Part shown: positions 22,495 to 35,880 of the stretch, in pieces
Layout of the letters: every line of letters begins with the position of its first letter
Position numbering within the stretch: the stretch's first letter is position 1
From: Gonapodya sp. JEL0774
Lineage: Eukaryota
DNA length: 64,000 nt
Direction: 5' to 3'
NCBI GenBank assembly: GCA_027604505.1
Contig: JADIIX010000008.1
Coordinates: 186,001 to 250,000 of the forward strand
The notes under the pieces: model-generated
The model's database searches: none
What the model saw: only the letters and a program-made list of their open reading frames with translations
Told to the model about the DNA's origin: nothing
Program-made: the position numbers and the translations under genes

Positions 22495-25400
22495 ATGGGG
22501 CTTCGCAAGCGAACAGCCGAACATCCCGTGTGTGTTCGTTCCCTGTGCATAAACTTACTGTACATAGCAGCAGACGACGACGAAGACGAAACAACACAAC
22601 AACCGAGCGAACGCGTATTAGAAGTTGAAGCGGGAATTGATATAGGGCACAAGGAAGGAATCGAATCGGGAATCGAGTCGGTGATCGTGCTAGAGTCCAC
22701 GTCATTGTGCCATACTTCGCCGTCTACCGTTCCCGTGCAGCCGTCGCCCATTCGCTCGCACCACACGCGCTCTCACTCTTCCGCGATGTCGTCATCTCAC
22801 ACCTTGCGGCCGAACTCGCCCGCGGCCGCTCCCTCTGCTGCTACCACCACCTCCATGCCCCCCACCGCACCTGCCGCACCTGATGCTCTCTCCTCTTTGC
22901 CACCTCTCGCGGGCTCCGCCGATCCTGCCGCCTTCTCCGCCATGCCGCCTCCGCTCTTCTCAATCCTTGACTCCTTCTCGCTCATCACTCGCTCTGCACG
23001 CGACGCCGCAGTCACAGTCCTGGCACATCCCCTCGTCAAACCTCTCGTCCCTCTCGTACCCCGAAATGTCGTGCACCATGTCATTGGTTCTTCCGACTCC
23101 TCGTCTTCTTCTACCCCTTACACCCATCCCTTCTCCACCTCTCCTCTCCCTCCCTACGCCCCATTTTCCGCTCTCACGCCCCTCAACCCAGACAGCCAGC
23201 GCAGAATCCGCGAGATCTCGCGCTCCGTCGACCTCGTCTCCCAAGAGTACGAGACCGCAGGCCAGTACGCCGCCTTCCTCGCCCGCGAGCTCTTTGCAGG
23301 ACGCTACGGCACATCGGCTCTCGACCAAGACCTCGCGGCTTCTGCTGCTGCTTCTGGTCGGGCGGGCACGACGACGATGGCGGCAACGAGGCTCAGTGGC
23401 ACTGGAACCCCTTCCGCCACGGGTTCCGCAAACGACATTCTTCTCCCAGAAGACATCGCAGAGATCGACCTCGACCAGCTCGTCGAACACGCTGCTCGTG
23501 CTGATGTCGATTATGTCGTGGTCTCGTCTCAAGGGACCGTGACTGGTGGGACAGGGATCGGGACAGGGACCGGGGCGGGGACCGGGGCTTGGAGTAGAGT
23601 TGGTGGTGCAAATAGTTTTGGTGGGAGTGGTGGTCGTGTGAATGGAATTGGAACAGGCAATGCTTTCGGTGGTGCAGTTGGCACCATCCCCGCCCGGGAG
23701 TCTCCCCCTCCTCCCTCCACCTCCACCCCACTCTCTCTCATCCCGCCAACCTTCCCTCTCACCATCCTCCACTCTCCTACTCCTCCCACCTCGTCCTCCC
23801 GCCAGCTCGTCCGGCCCCTCCTGGGGCCAATCTCCCCCGAAGAGTTCCTCCAACCCGACCACTTACTCGATGCCCACACGGGAGCACTCCGGGTGTCCGA
23901 GCGCGAATTCCGTAGAGCCGCGTTCGAGCGCGGGTTCGAGAACGATGTGAGGTGGAGGGCATGGGAGTACTTGGTCGGAGTCGTGAAGGGGGACTGGAGC
24001 GAGGAGCAAGTCGCGGCGTGGAGGCAGGAGAGGAGGTGGGTTTAGGGAAGGGGCTTTAGTCATTGGCCCTTAAGGGGGAAACCGGAAAACGAGGGTTTTG
24101 GGGGGGGGTGCTTGGATGCAGTTGTGCTTACGGATTTAAGGGTTTCTGTCCATTCAAGTATGCGTGCGAGTATTGCAGTATGTGCGTGTGCGTGAGGGTG
24201 GGAGGGGTGTTGTCTGGTTGGTGGGAGTTGAATTGTCCTGGTGTTGTGGGAAGAGTATTGGAAATTGCACGCAACGGTGAATGGACACTGGACAAACCGA
24301 GTGTTGCGAAGCGTGCTAGCAGGACCCTTCCTCGCCCCTTGCACTCTCCTCACGCTCCCCCACTCTTTGCGCCCCTGCTGTCCCACAGCGCCGCCTACTT
24401 CGAACTGAAACACCGCTGGATTGCCATCCTCGACGCCCACCCCACTCCCACCGATGAACCTCCCTCCACTCTCTACACTCCAGCCCCTGCCCGCCCCACT
24501 TCGCGCGCCTCCACGAACTCGCACGTGGTGGACTACGAGAATCAGGCCCCTGGGGACGAACGCGTGCACGTGTCTGGGGGCACGGTGGAGGAAGACGAGA
24601 TGGCGTTGGTCGAGAGGTTGAGAGAGAGGAAGTGGAGGATTGAAAAGGGTGGGTAGGCGGGGGGAGATGGTAGGATGATCGGGCATTGTAGGCTCATCAA
24701 ATATTTGTTGCCATGCCCCCAATTCTCGGACTGACCCCAAACTACCGCCACCTGGCCAGACACCGTCCGCACCGACCGCACCATTCCCCTCTTTTCCAAC
24801 GATGCACCCGCTGCCCACTCCGTCCTCCCCGCCCCCCACTCCCCTCAACCGGGCGCCGTGCCCCCTTCGGAACTCCCCTCGTCCACGGCGGCCTCGTCTT
24901 CCTCGTCCTCTGACATCCCATCGCTCCGTCTCCTCCGTGACGTTCTCATGACGTACTGTGCGTGGAACGGGGAGAACATGGGCTACGTGCAGGGTATGAA
25001 CGAGTGGGCCAGCGTGTGTGTCGGGATCGCGGGAGCAGCGGGGGGCGAGGTGGACGTGTACGAGGTGAGTTGGATTCAAGGTTGGGGTTTGGGGCAATGT
25101 GGCAACTGGAACGGGTCAACTGAGGAACCGAACTCGTCCAATCACACCAGCTGCTCTCCGCCATCCTCTCTCTCCGCCTCTCTACTTTCTCTCGCACCTC
25201 GACCACCATCTCCTCCGATCTCGACCTCCTCTCGTCCCTCGTTCGCGTCCACGACCCCAAACTCTACGTCCACCTCCGCGACAACGACGGCCTCAACATG
25301 TTTTGCTGTTTCAGATGGCTGCTCGTGTGGTTTAAGAGAGAAGTGCAGTTTGCGGGTGTGAGCGGGTTATGGGAGGTGGGTTGTGTTGGTTGGGGGGTAA

Positions 25401-26453
25401 TGAAATTGGTACCGGCAGCTTCTGTTTTTGCACTCAATGCTCACGATGCCGTGTGCGTTTCGTCCTACCAGGTCTTCCTCTCGGCCCACCTCCACGTGAA
25501 GTACTACCTGTTCTTCGCCCTCACCCTTCTCACGACGGATCCGTTCAGGTCAAAGTTGATGGAGGCGGAGGGGTTTGGTGGGTGTTTCGTGTAGAATTGG
25601 TGGGGCGGATATTCGAAGTTCTCGTGATTTCATCACTTGTTTGTTTTCCTTTTGGGACATTTATTCTGGTTCTGGTCCTGGTTGGGGTTTCCAGATGGTA
25701 TACTCAAGGCATGCAACGAGGTCAGCGAGTTTATCCAAAACTGTGAGTGCGCACGAGTCTGACCTATTGTTGTGCCAGCATGAATGCCGATGACTCCATC
25801 AACCTACTTATGCATACCTATTGTTTTTGCAACAGTCAAGGGTGGCATTGAAGCTCTTCTCGTAGAATGCGAGCTTGTGTTCTACAGGTATGTTCAAAAG
25901 TGTGTTCGTTGTAATGTGGGAACTGAACCCCACGCGTACACTACGACAACAAAACCCTCCGACTCACCTCTCACTCACAAGATTCAACTGGAAACTCAAC
26001 CGACTTATCCAGCTCCACATTCCCGAACACGCCCGCCTCGCCGCCGCCGCTGCGGCGCAAGTGCAGGTGGAGCAAGGAGCAGGGGCAGTACCCGCGTTGG
26101 TCGTGACCGAGACGGAAAGCCGGGTGGAGACCGTAGGAGGTGGAGCGGGGACTACCTCTGCGCCAGTACCGATGGATGCTCCTGCGGTTTCGACAGGAGT
26201 AAGCAGTGCAGAAAGTTTTGCGGCACCACTGCCTACTGCACTGTCCGTAGGATCCGCAGCCGGTTCAAAGCACCCTCCCGCGTCTGATGGACCTCGTGGA
26301 AGCAAATCAATCGGCATGGAAACTTTGCCATACGCTCATCGTTGGCTTTTGGATTTAAAAACGGAGGTGGACACTGGTCTGGGATGGGCGTTTGGTAACG
26401 AGTGGAAGGTGGGGAAGGAAGGGTGGGAGTTGAATGGGGTGGTTTTGAGTTAG
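22495..26453 (+). CDS. GYP7: TBC-domain Rab GTPase-activating protein, Gyp7/TBC1D15-17-like
   Basis: RRAAFERGF..VRWRAWEYLVG, the arginine finger IEK-DTVRTDR, the glutamine finger MGYVQGMNE, and NMFCCFRWLLVWFKRE..LWEV. The start codon is uncertain. Confidence 0.88.
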
Positions 26454-26731
26454 CTGGGCGGTGAGTTAAAGAGTTTTGAGAGTGCGAGCATTGGACGAAG
26501 TCATTGGCGGAAAATTTTCGATTGATTGAAGTTTTTGGTTGACGACAGAATGAACTTTGTGATGAAATTACATACATGTCACCCAATTTGATGATGATGC
26601 AATACATTAGAGGAATAGTATGTGCCGCTCAGTGAGGAGATCCTCAGTGGCGAATACCAAGAACGCAATTTCCAGGAGCTGCTGATTCACGTCACAACAT
26701 CAAATCCATATTTGAAACAACAAGAGTTTCT

Positions 26732-26952
26732 ACCGCTGCGCTTCCGCCCGCTCCGCGACCAGCCACGAAGACTGACACGGAGGCAAAGCTCGCGGATGGT
26801 CCGACGGCGTAGTTCTCCTAAGCAGTCCCAGCAGACGCACCCAAGTCGTGGATAAAACACACGCAGGTGGAATTCCGGACAGGGAGCCCGCAGCTTTGCA
26901 CCGCATGGAGACACTCGCTTTCCGGGGTCCCCCCGATCGAAAGCCCCGTTGC
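26732..26952 (+). repeat. Right copy of the long inverted repeat pair
   Basis: accgctgcgcttccgcccg...ggtggaattccggacagggagcccgcag...gatcgaaagc is the inverted copy of 21768-22039, lacking the 51-nt segment. Confidence 0.92.
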
Positions 26953-27490
26953 GACCCCGTCGGGTCGGTGGACCGCCACCAGCTTCCAGAGGCGGTCTAT
27001 GGCGTATGTCGGCCGGCCACTTGACCAGGTCTCGGTGAGGATGAACGATGTTCTGGAAGTCACGTAACGGACTTCAGTGTCGCATCAGGTCAGTGGTGGG
27101 AATGAAGAAAGTTGTAACGTGAGTGAGTGCACCTTTTGTCCACTAGTCCCAGCTGCGCCATATCGGACTTCTTGATTCAAAAACCATTTGTAAACTTAAA
27201 AATTAAACTGGTGAAGTCCGTCCCCACGGGTCTGTGGCGGGATGCTCTATGATGTTGGTAACATGGGCGCAACTGATAGACGTTCAGTTATCCGACATGA
27301 AGTCCGGTGCTATTTCATTAATTAGATGAATCATTATATGTTTGTTGAGATTCTTCGGAGGCAATCTTGTTTTGTAAACTTCAACTCTCTGATCGGAAGC
27401 TGTTCAACTGATCTGCCGAAGCAAAGTTAACTCCAACAACTGCAGAATAGATCCAAACAAGTAGCGCGTTCTTCTTTCTGCGTTGCAAGA

Positions 27491-30400
27491 ATGTCCAGCT
27501 TTCCTTTGGTGAGGGTTCCGCTCTCCGGCTTCGTGTCGTCGCATGCAGCTTGTCGCTCGGACAAATTGCAAGCCATACACCGCTCATCCAAGGCCGGTAC
27601 ACCTGGTTTACGTCGACTAGCTGCACGCGCAGTTGGAGCAGCCTCTGTCGTCCATCCTGATCCACCTCCTCCTGGGCCTCCCCTTCACCCGCGTTCCCGT
27701 CTGGCTCCTCCACACCTAACTCAAACTCAGCACGCGAAGGAGCAGACGCAGGCTCAGTCTCATTCACATCGTCAAATTCATCCACCTGTCGTTCACAGAC
27801 CACCTCAGATCCCACCTCATCTCTCAGACTCCAACGTATTCCCCGACCTACCGTTCCATCTCGGTGGAGACCCCGCCCGATTTTCTTTCTCGCTCTCGCG
27901 CGCAACACCTATCACACAGAATGAAATAGATGAGGAGCTATCTATTTTCGATTCTGTTGGACCCATTGGCCAACCGTCTTGGGGATCTCACCCCCATCTC
28001 ATTAGGCCCGGGGAAAGTGAGTTGCCGCTCATTAGATGGGTAGTGCCATGATGGAGGATACTCCCTTGGAGCACATATAGTACAGGAAATGTGCCATGCT
28101 CACGGGTACTATGTCGAAGGCTCACAACAAGAACGAATCGGATTCTTGTGGCCGCGCAAAACGTCAGAATTCTTAGGAACCTGGCATGCTTACAGAAGTT
28201 GACGTCCTGCGTCGTAGAGCCGTTTTCTCAATGATGCTGGTGCACTCTGTGCATGAAGTACAGTCGAACCTGCCATCTTTGCAGTATTGTACGGGAACGA
28301 ACCACCTACTAGTACCTCTTTTGAAGGTTAATGATGGGGGCACCTGTAGAAGCAGCTTAGCGTGCAAGATGGCGGTTCTCAATGGAGCTCTCACGAGGAC
28401 AGAAATTCTTCTACGGAGTTTACGCGGCGTTGCGCTACATTCAAATTCCGTGCGTAATCCAACCTTTCATACACCCCCCGCCAGTCACTCCGGGTCTCAC
28501 ACGTGCTGAGTACCGTCAACGCCGTGAAAAGCTTATGTCCGCATTACCTGCTGGATCCGTCGCCCTCATCGGTGGCTACGGCGTGCGGTACCAGTCTGGT
28601 GCCGGTGTGTTTTACCAGTTTCGTCAGAACGCGGACTTGTTCTACCTCTGTGGCGTGGATGAGCCCGATGCAGCAATAGTATTGGGTGAGTTGAGTGGTT
28701 GAGGTGTAGGAGGGCGATCGGGAACTGCACTCCGGTTTGGTTGAAGGAGGCTGGGAAAACAAAAGGAAAAAGGTAGATGGAAACTCGTTATTAAAGGCGT
28801 TGGGCATTATGAGAGCGAATTTCGTGTGAATAAGCTCGGCTAATCAACTTAATGAATCCTGCTTTGGAACGTGCAACCACAAACTTCACATCCACCCCAA
28901 CCCACACGCTCCCACAGTAAAATCACCCAACTCCTCGTACCCCACACCAGCTTACACCTCCCACCTCTTCCTTCGTCCCCGCGCCTCCGTCACCCACCTC
29001 TGGGACGGCCCACGAGCAGGTCTCGAATCTGCCCCACACTTCGCTGTCGACAAGGCCCATCCCATTGGCTCACTCCAGGACTTCTTACAACAACTTTTGG
29101 ATGAGCGGGCAGTGATGGGAGCACCTTTTTTGTTATACACAGATTTGGACGTGAGGCTCGTGCGTAAAGGTGACCCACCCGCATCACCACTACCAGCTGG
29201 GACTCGTCCCCCCATCACCGAAGGATATTCTGTCACTTCCCCTTCCGCTGCGCAAAAAATGGCCATATACTCCTCGCACGTCCGCGATTTAGTCCTCCAA
29301 CTGCCTGTCCCAATTGTACCCGCCGATGGGTTCCGCAAGTCCGTCACTGCTTCGTGGTGGGGCACTGTCAGGGCGCAACATCAAAACACTTCTTCGTCAA
29401 AGATGGGATTGTCTCGCTCCTCCCAACAGGAATCCTCTCGGACGTCACCACCTCTCACCCCCTCTCACGTGGCCCAACGTGCCCTCCGACCGTACATCCA
29501 CGAACTCCGACTTTTTAAGTCGCCAGCCGAGCTCCGTCTCATAAAACATGCTGGGAATATTGCCTCGTCGGGATTCACCGCAGCACTCAGGTATCTGGAC
29601 TCAATCCAACCATCGCCCTCTGCATTTCAACATCAAATCAGTCCCACTTCACCTTTAACCTCACTTCCGACCGAATCTGCACTTGAATCGATTTTCCATC
29701 ACTATTGTGCGCTTTCGGGCTCAGTCCGCCCATCGTACGTTCCAGTCGTCGCGTCCGGTTCGAATGCGCTGACTATGCACTATGTGGCCAATAATGCGGT
29801 GATGGAGTATGGGGATATGGTGTTGATGGACATGGGATGTGACTTCGGAGGGTATGTGACGGATGTGACAAGGACGTGGATGGTTGGTGGGTGGGGAGCA
29901 GTACAGCAAGGCAGGGGAGTGGGCTCGGCAACGGGGAGGAGAAGATTGGTAGAGGCCGTGAGGAAAGTACAGGAGGCATGTATTTCAGTGAGTTCCATTG
30001 TACCAAAATGGGAAAGTATGTTGTGAAAGCAAGTGGAATCGCCATGCACTTATTTTGTTCTTTCCTCTGTTCCCAGAAGTGCACAGAGAAGGATGATCTG
30101 TCACTCGACGATCTCCACTCCTACTCGTTGGAACTATTGCAACGAGAGCTTGAGCCTATTTTTAAGCGACCAGTGACGAGGAGGGTGAGAAGACCCATGC
30201 GGTTTGGCAAAATCCCAGAACAATTTGGGTACTCACACTTGTGACGTCAACGGTTGTGATGTAGGAATGCGACAATCTTTTCCCCCATCATTTGAGCCAC
30301 TGGCTTGGCCTTGAGGTTAGCGACATCCCCCGTTTGTTTCTGACTCTCCACTCACTGCGATACCCTCCCGCACATTCACCCTTTGCTCCCCAATCTCAAG

Positions 30401-30604
30401 GTTCACGACACAGCTTCCGTCTCCCGCTCGCGCAAACTCCGCTCGGGCATGGTGGTGACAGTTGAACCCGGCATTTACGTTCCTGACCAGCCCGACTACC
30501 CGGAGGACGTACGAGGTGTAGGTGTGAGGGTGGAAGATGACGTGGCTATTATGCCAGAGGGTGCTGCGTGGGTGTTGTCTGGAGCAGTCGGGGGGAAGGT
30601 CTGA
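27491..30604 (+). CDS. ICP55: Mitochondrial intermediate cleaving peptidase 55 / Xaa-Pro aminopeptidase 3 (M24)
   Basis: Arg-rich presequence, GQPSWGSHPHLIRPGE-VTPG, FRQNADLFYLCG, LRLFKSPAEL, MHY, DMGCDFGGYVTDVTRTW, PHHLSHWLGL-VHD, TVEPGIY and GVRVEDDV. Confidence 0.92.
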
Positions 30605-30794
30605 GCTAGGGCTGAGCTGGAAACCCCGAGAGAGCAGATCCGCGTGAACAAGAAGAACCTTGTTCAAGCACCGCTTTTCTTTGGTTATGTTTTCATTCAT
30701 GTAACAGAGAGTTTCAATTTTCGTATCCTTAATCAAACTTTGACTACAAAACAAGGGCTACGGACAAAAAGCTCCATCGATGCCAACAATCCGT

Positions 30795-32203
<1,409 letters not shown>

Positions 32204-32502
32204 GATCTTCGCGATTTCGGAGGGTGAACCGCAATCTATGTGGCCGGAACCAAACGATTATGAACTCCCGCTCAACCTTGCTCCACTGCTCAACTGCTCA
32301 CACACTGCTCACACAAATCTCATTTTGACTCCCATGATAAACCATCTCCCAGCCGGTCATTGATAACTGAAAAAAACCCCACAGAGAATGTATATTCAAT
32401 TCAATAGGACGCAAGTTTGTCAATCCATTGGCTCCAGTTACCCAAATTCTAGCTAAATGGTCCGTGAGGAGTATATACAAATGATCCTGCGTCCAAGAAA
32501 AT

Positions 32503-34046
32503 TCACGATGAGTCATCTCCACGCTCGGGAGTCAGCGACCTTGGACGTGAACTGTTATTCTGGTGTACATTTCATCAGCGAGCTCATCACACACCTTTCA
32601 GGCTGCTCTCGCTTTAAAGGCCGAACTGCTCTTGGAGGGGACAGACGCCGTGGTGCAAAAACACTGTCGAACAGATCGTCGTCGAGTGACATGCCACCGA
32701 CCACACCAGGCTGTAAAACAGCCGGTGGTTCCGAATTTCTCCCTGCGCTTGGGTGGGACTTGCCACCATTGGTATCTTCCATTATCTTGTCTTTGCCTTT
32801 GTGGCCTGTCGCCACAGATGTTGCCTGCACACCATCCATCGCCTCATCATTTTCCCCGTTTGATCCCTCCCCTTCTTCTCCCCGAGTATTAGCTTGCAAA
32901 TCCTCTGTCGTGATGGGTACTTGTGATACCGATAAAATCCAAAATTGAGAAGGTCCTGCATGACGCACTCACTTAATCTTGACATAGTCTTTTCGAACCG
33001 CTGTTCTTCCAATTTTATCTTCCTCTTCTTACGCCGCAGAATACCTGCAAACTGTAAAATCTATTAGCTAAGTACGATAGCACCAGAGTTCATGGACTCT
33101 CACCGCCTTCATTTGCATTTCCGTTGCCGCTTCTTGGGCTAACGCCATCTTCTTGAGCTGCTCGCTCGACACCCTCTTCGCTTCAACAGCCTCATCGGCC
33201 CTTGTCTTTTGATACTTTGCTTCGTCCTTTGAATTAATGAGATCTCAGAACCGATTTAACGAACTCTTGACAGAAAAGTTGAGCGCACCCGCTGCGCTTT
33301 TAAGTCCTCCAATAGATAGTCGAGGAGGTCACGTAATCGCTGTTGACGATCGCGCCCGCTATCTAGTAGTGGAAGAATGTATTCGAGTCGAGCCATCTTC
33401 AACAGAAGGAGTGCTTGGAGTACCAAAAAATTCTTTCGTACACGGAAATACATACATCATTGAATATCCATTGAAGCTAATCACGTTAGATATCAACGGA
33501 CTGATCATTTTCGCCGGAAGCACGAATAAGCTTCAATGGGATCACGAACCATTACACTGTCATCCTTCTGTCCGATGATAGACACATTCCATGACTCCAA
33601 ACCTCCAGTGGGCTTCCCAATCGCAGATCTGGAAGGAACGCTGGAGGTGTGCGAATCCGAGCTCTCCTGTCCGGCTTTGTCACTGGAAAACACTGCAAAA
33701 GACAGTCTCCAGAACTCAGTGGTTTTCATAACACGTGAGTATTTCGAAGTGATTCCATCAAACTGGATTGGAGAGCCTGGCATGGAATGAGGGCCTCGAA
33801 AGGCAAGGATAACATGAGAACTCACTCACAGGTCTTGCCCCACGTTGCCTCTTTGTCTCCAGATATCACCGTAACTTCAAACAGAGGCTCAGTTGGGTTC
33901 ATCGACTGGGCAGAGGCAAAGTCGTTGGCAGCAATGAAGAACCGGAAGTGGACATAATACACGAGCGAATCCACGGCGACACGAAGGATATTGGAAGATA
34001 TTGGAGAACGCTGAGCGTTTGCGCTTGATCCATACATCCAAGACAT
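32503..34046 (-). CDS. XRCC4: XRCC4/Lif1-like non-homologous end-joining factor (divergent)
   Basis: Head-like FEVTVISGDKEATWGKT, stalk start QQRLRDLLDYLLEDL, a coiled coil, and ligase-IV-binding-like FAGILRRKKRKIK (compare FILVLNEKKTKIR). The tail is disordered and acidic. The 3' end is approximate. Confidence 0.65.
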
Positions 34047-34420
34047 GCTTGAGGATGATTTATTGGTTCACTACAAGTGTGAGCGGCCGGGGTTCAACTA
34101 TTCTCTCCACAGTCCAAACCCTTTCCCAAGCACTGATCCATTTCGATTGCAAAATCTAGCGTAATATCTGAAGGTGGAAGTCCGGGAGCTTGAGTTTTCC
34201 AAGTTGGTCCTGAGCGGAAACAGTCTTCGAGACTCATGACAGTTGTGCGTCCAACACCAATTCAGTTTTGTTTTCGTGAAAGCTCCACTGTCAGCAATGA
34301 GTGAGGATCTCAATATTTTTTTTTTTTTTGGTGACCGTCCTTGCTGGAGCGATATCCCATCAATCATGAGCCCATGACAGATCAATCGAAGAATGAACTC
34401 TTGAATATCACTTGAATATC

Positions 34421-35271
34421 ATGGCCACTCTCAGCCAACGCCAATTTGCCCTCATTGCCGCGCTTACCATCACCTTAATTGGCTGTTCGGATACTCTTTT
34501 AGCGGTTGTGCAGTATTGCGCTACTCCCGAAGAACCGGCCACGACTTGCAACCTATCCAATCCCCAGAACGTCAACTTTCAATCCTCCTTCGATGTCAAA
34601 TCGCGCTACTGATAGGCCTTTACCCACCAGTCAGGAATAGGATGGCGGTTGGCTTGACGGATCTATTCCGCATACATCTTGGCTGCACCAAAGGCTCTCT
34701 CAGTGGGGATTATTGAAGAGCTCCAATCAGACCTCCACAGGTGGCCATCTTCTTGGGTCACAACCACGATCCTCATGTTTTAAGTACTTTCAACAACGAC
34801 CCTTGTGGAAGCGTTGCTTGACTTGACACTCGCGGCTGATGCCAAGGCAATCAACGCCCCTCTAGAACCCGACGATTAGAGACAGTGCATGCGAATACAT
34901 TATCAACATCCCTCAAACTATCACACGAGGGTTGGATTCACCGCCTGCTGTTCAGGAACTTGTCTTGAATAATATTCAAAGTCACAAAGTGGCAACACGG
35001 ATTGAATTCGAAATGCGAGAGAATCACAGTGACTGCAGATCCAACGGAGGGCACGTTGTTGGCATTGGCAATACACATCTGGTGGTTGGTGTCAATTTCT
35101 TATGTGCGATACAACTGTCACTCCTGCGAAACGGACGAAACGATCTTTCTTTATGAAGAGCGTGCTTTCGGATCCACGTCATCCTGGAGTATGTGGATGA
35201 TTCGGTGTGACTTTGGGCTTGCTCCAGATAGTCGGAAGCCCCTTCCTGGCACTAAGGTGAAGCTCGGTTAA
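34421..35271 (+). pseudogene. Possible degraded gene or small secreted-protein ORF fragments
   Basis: A signal-peptide-like ORF (MATLSQRQFALIAALTITLIGC...) stops at 34612, followed by short Cys/Trp-rich ORF fragments. No family was recognised. Confidence 0.2.
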
Positions 35272-35880
35272 GTGTGAAAGGGCAGATGAAAAGGAACACA
35301 AAGGCGTTTGCGGAGCGGAACCAGACATGTCGGCTACCATGTCCACTGCAGAAGTGAACACTGTCCGATGTCCTTGTGGATGGTGCCTGAGAGACTTTTT
35401 CCCAAAAGACACAGCGGTGGCAGGTGTCATTCAGTTATGACTTTGGGCTAAATTATACGTGCCGTTAAAGTTACTTATCGTGTTTGTTCTAAGCTATGCG
35501 TGCCGGTTATGGGGAGGGAAAGAAGAAATGATACATGAATAACTGAAATGCAAAACTAGGCTCATGGCAGCTCGACCTCGAACGTGGATCGCTCTGAACC
35601 ACTTTCTCCGCAATCAATTGTTGCGTGACATGTACGTGTTGTAGAAGCGCGGATGAGGAGGAAACCTTTGTTGCTGTAAAGGGTGGAAACAAATGTGGTT
35701 ATAGACGAAGAGGCTCCACAAAGGGACCAAATCAATTTTTGAAAGCAGATTTTGAAAGGTGATCATGCTTTCATGACTCGACAAATTTACAAAGCAGTTT
35801 GGCCTTGGCACACAAGCCGAAATCAGTCAGGCAGGGCCGGCCCGACCACCCAGGTTTACACAGCAGCTCTCTTGTCGGCA

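Noticed and set aside
22960..25097. Long antisense ORFs (300 aa, 345 aa) and similar overlapping ORFs at 60941-63881
   Set aside because: These are shadow frames of GC-rich, skewed coding sequence with no recognisable domains.
26860..26895. tRNA/SINE B-box-like GGTGGAATTCCGGACAGGGAG
   Set aside because: It lacks the GTTCRA core, and no cloverleaf or A-box could be built.
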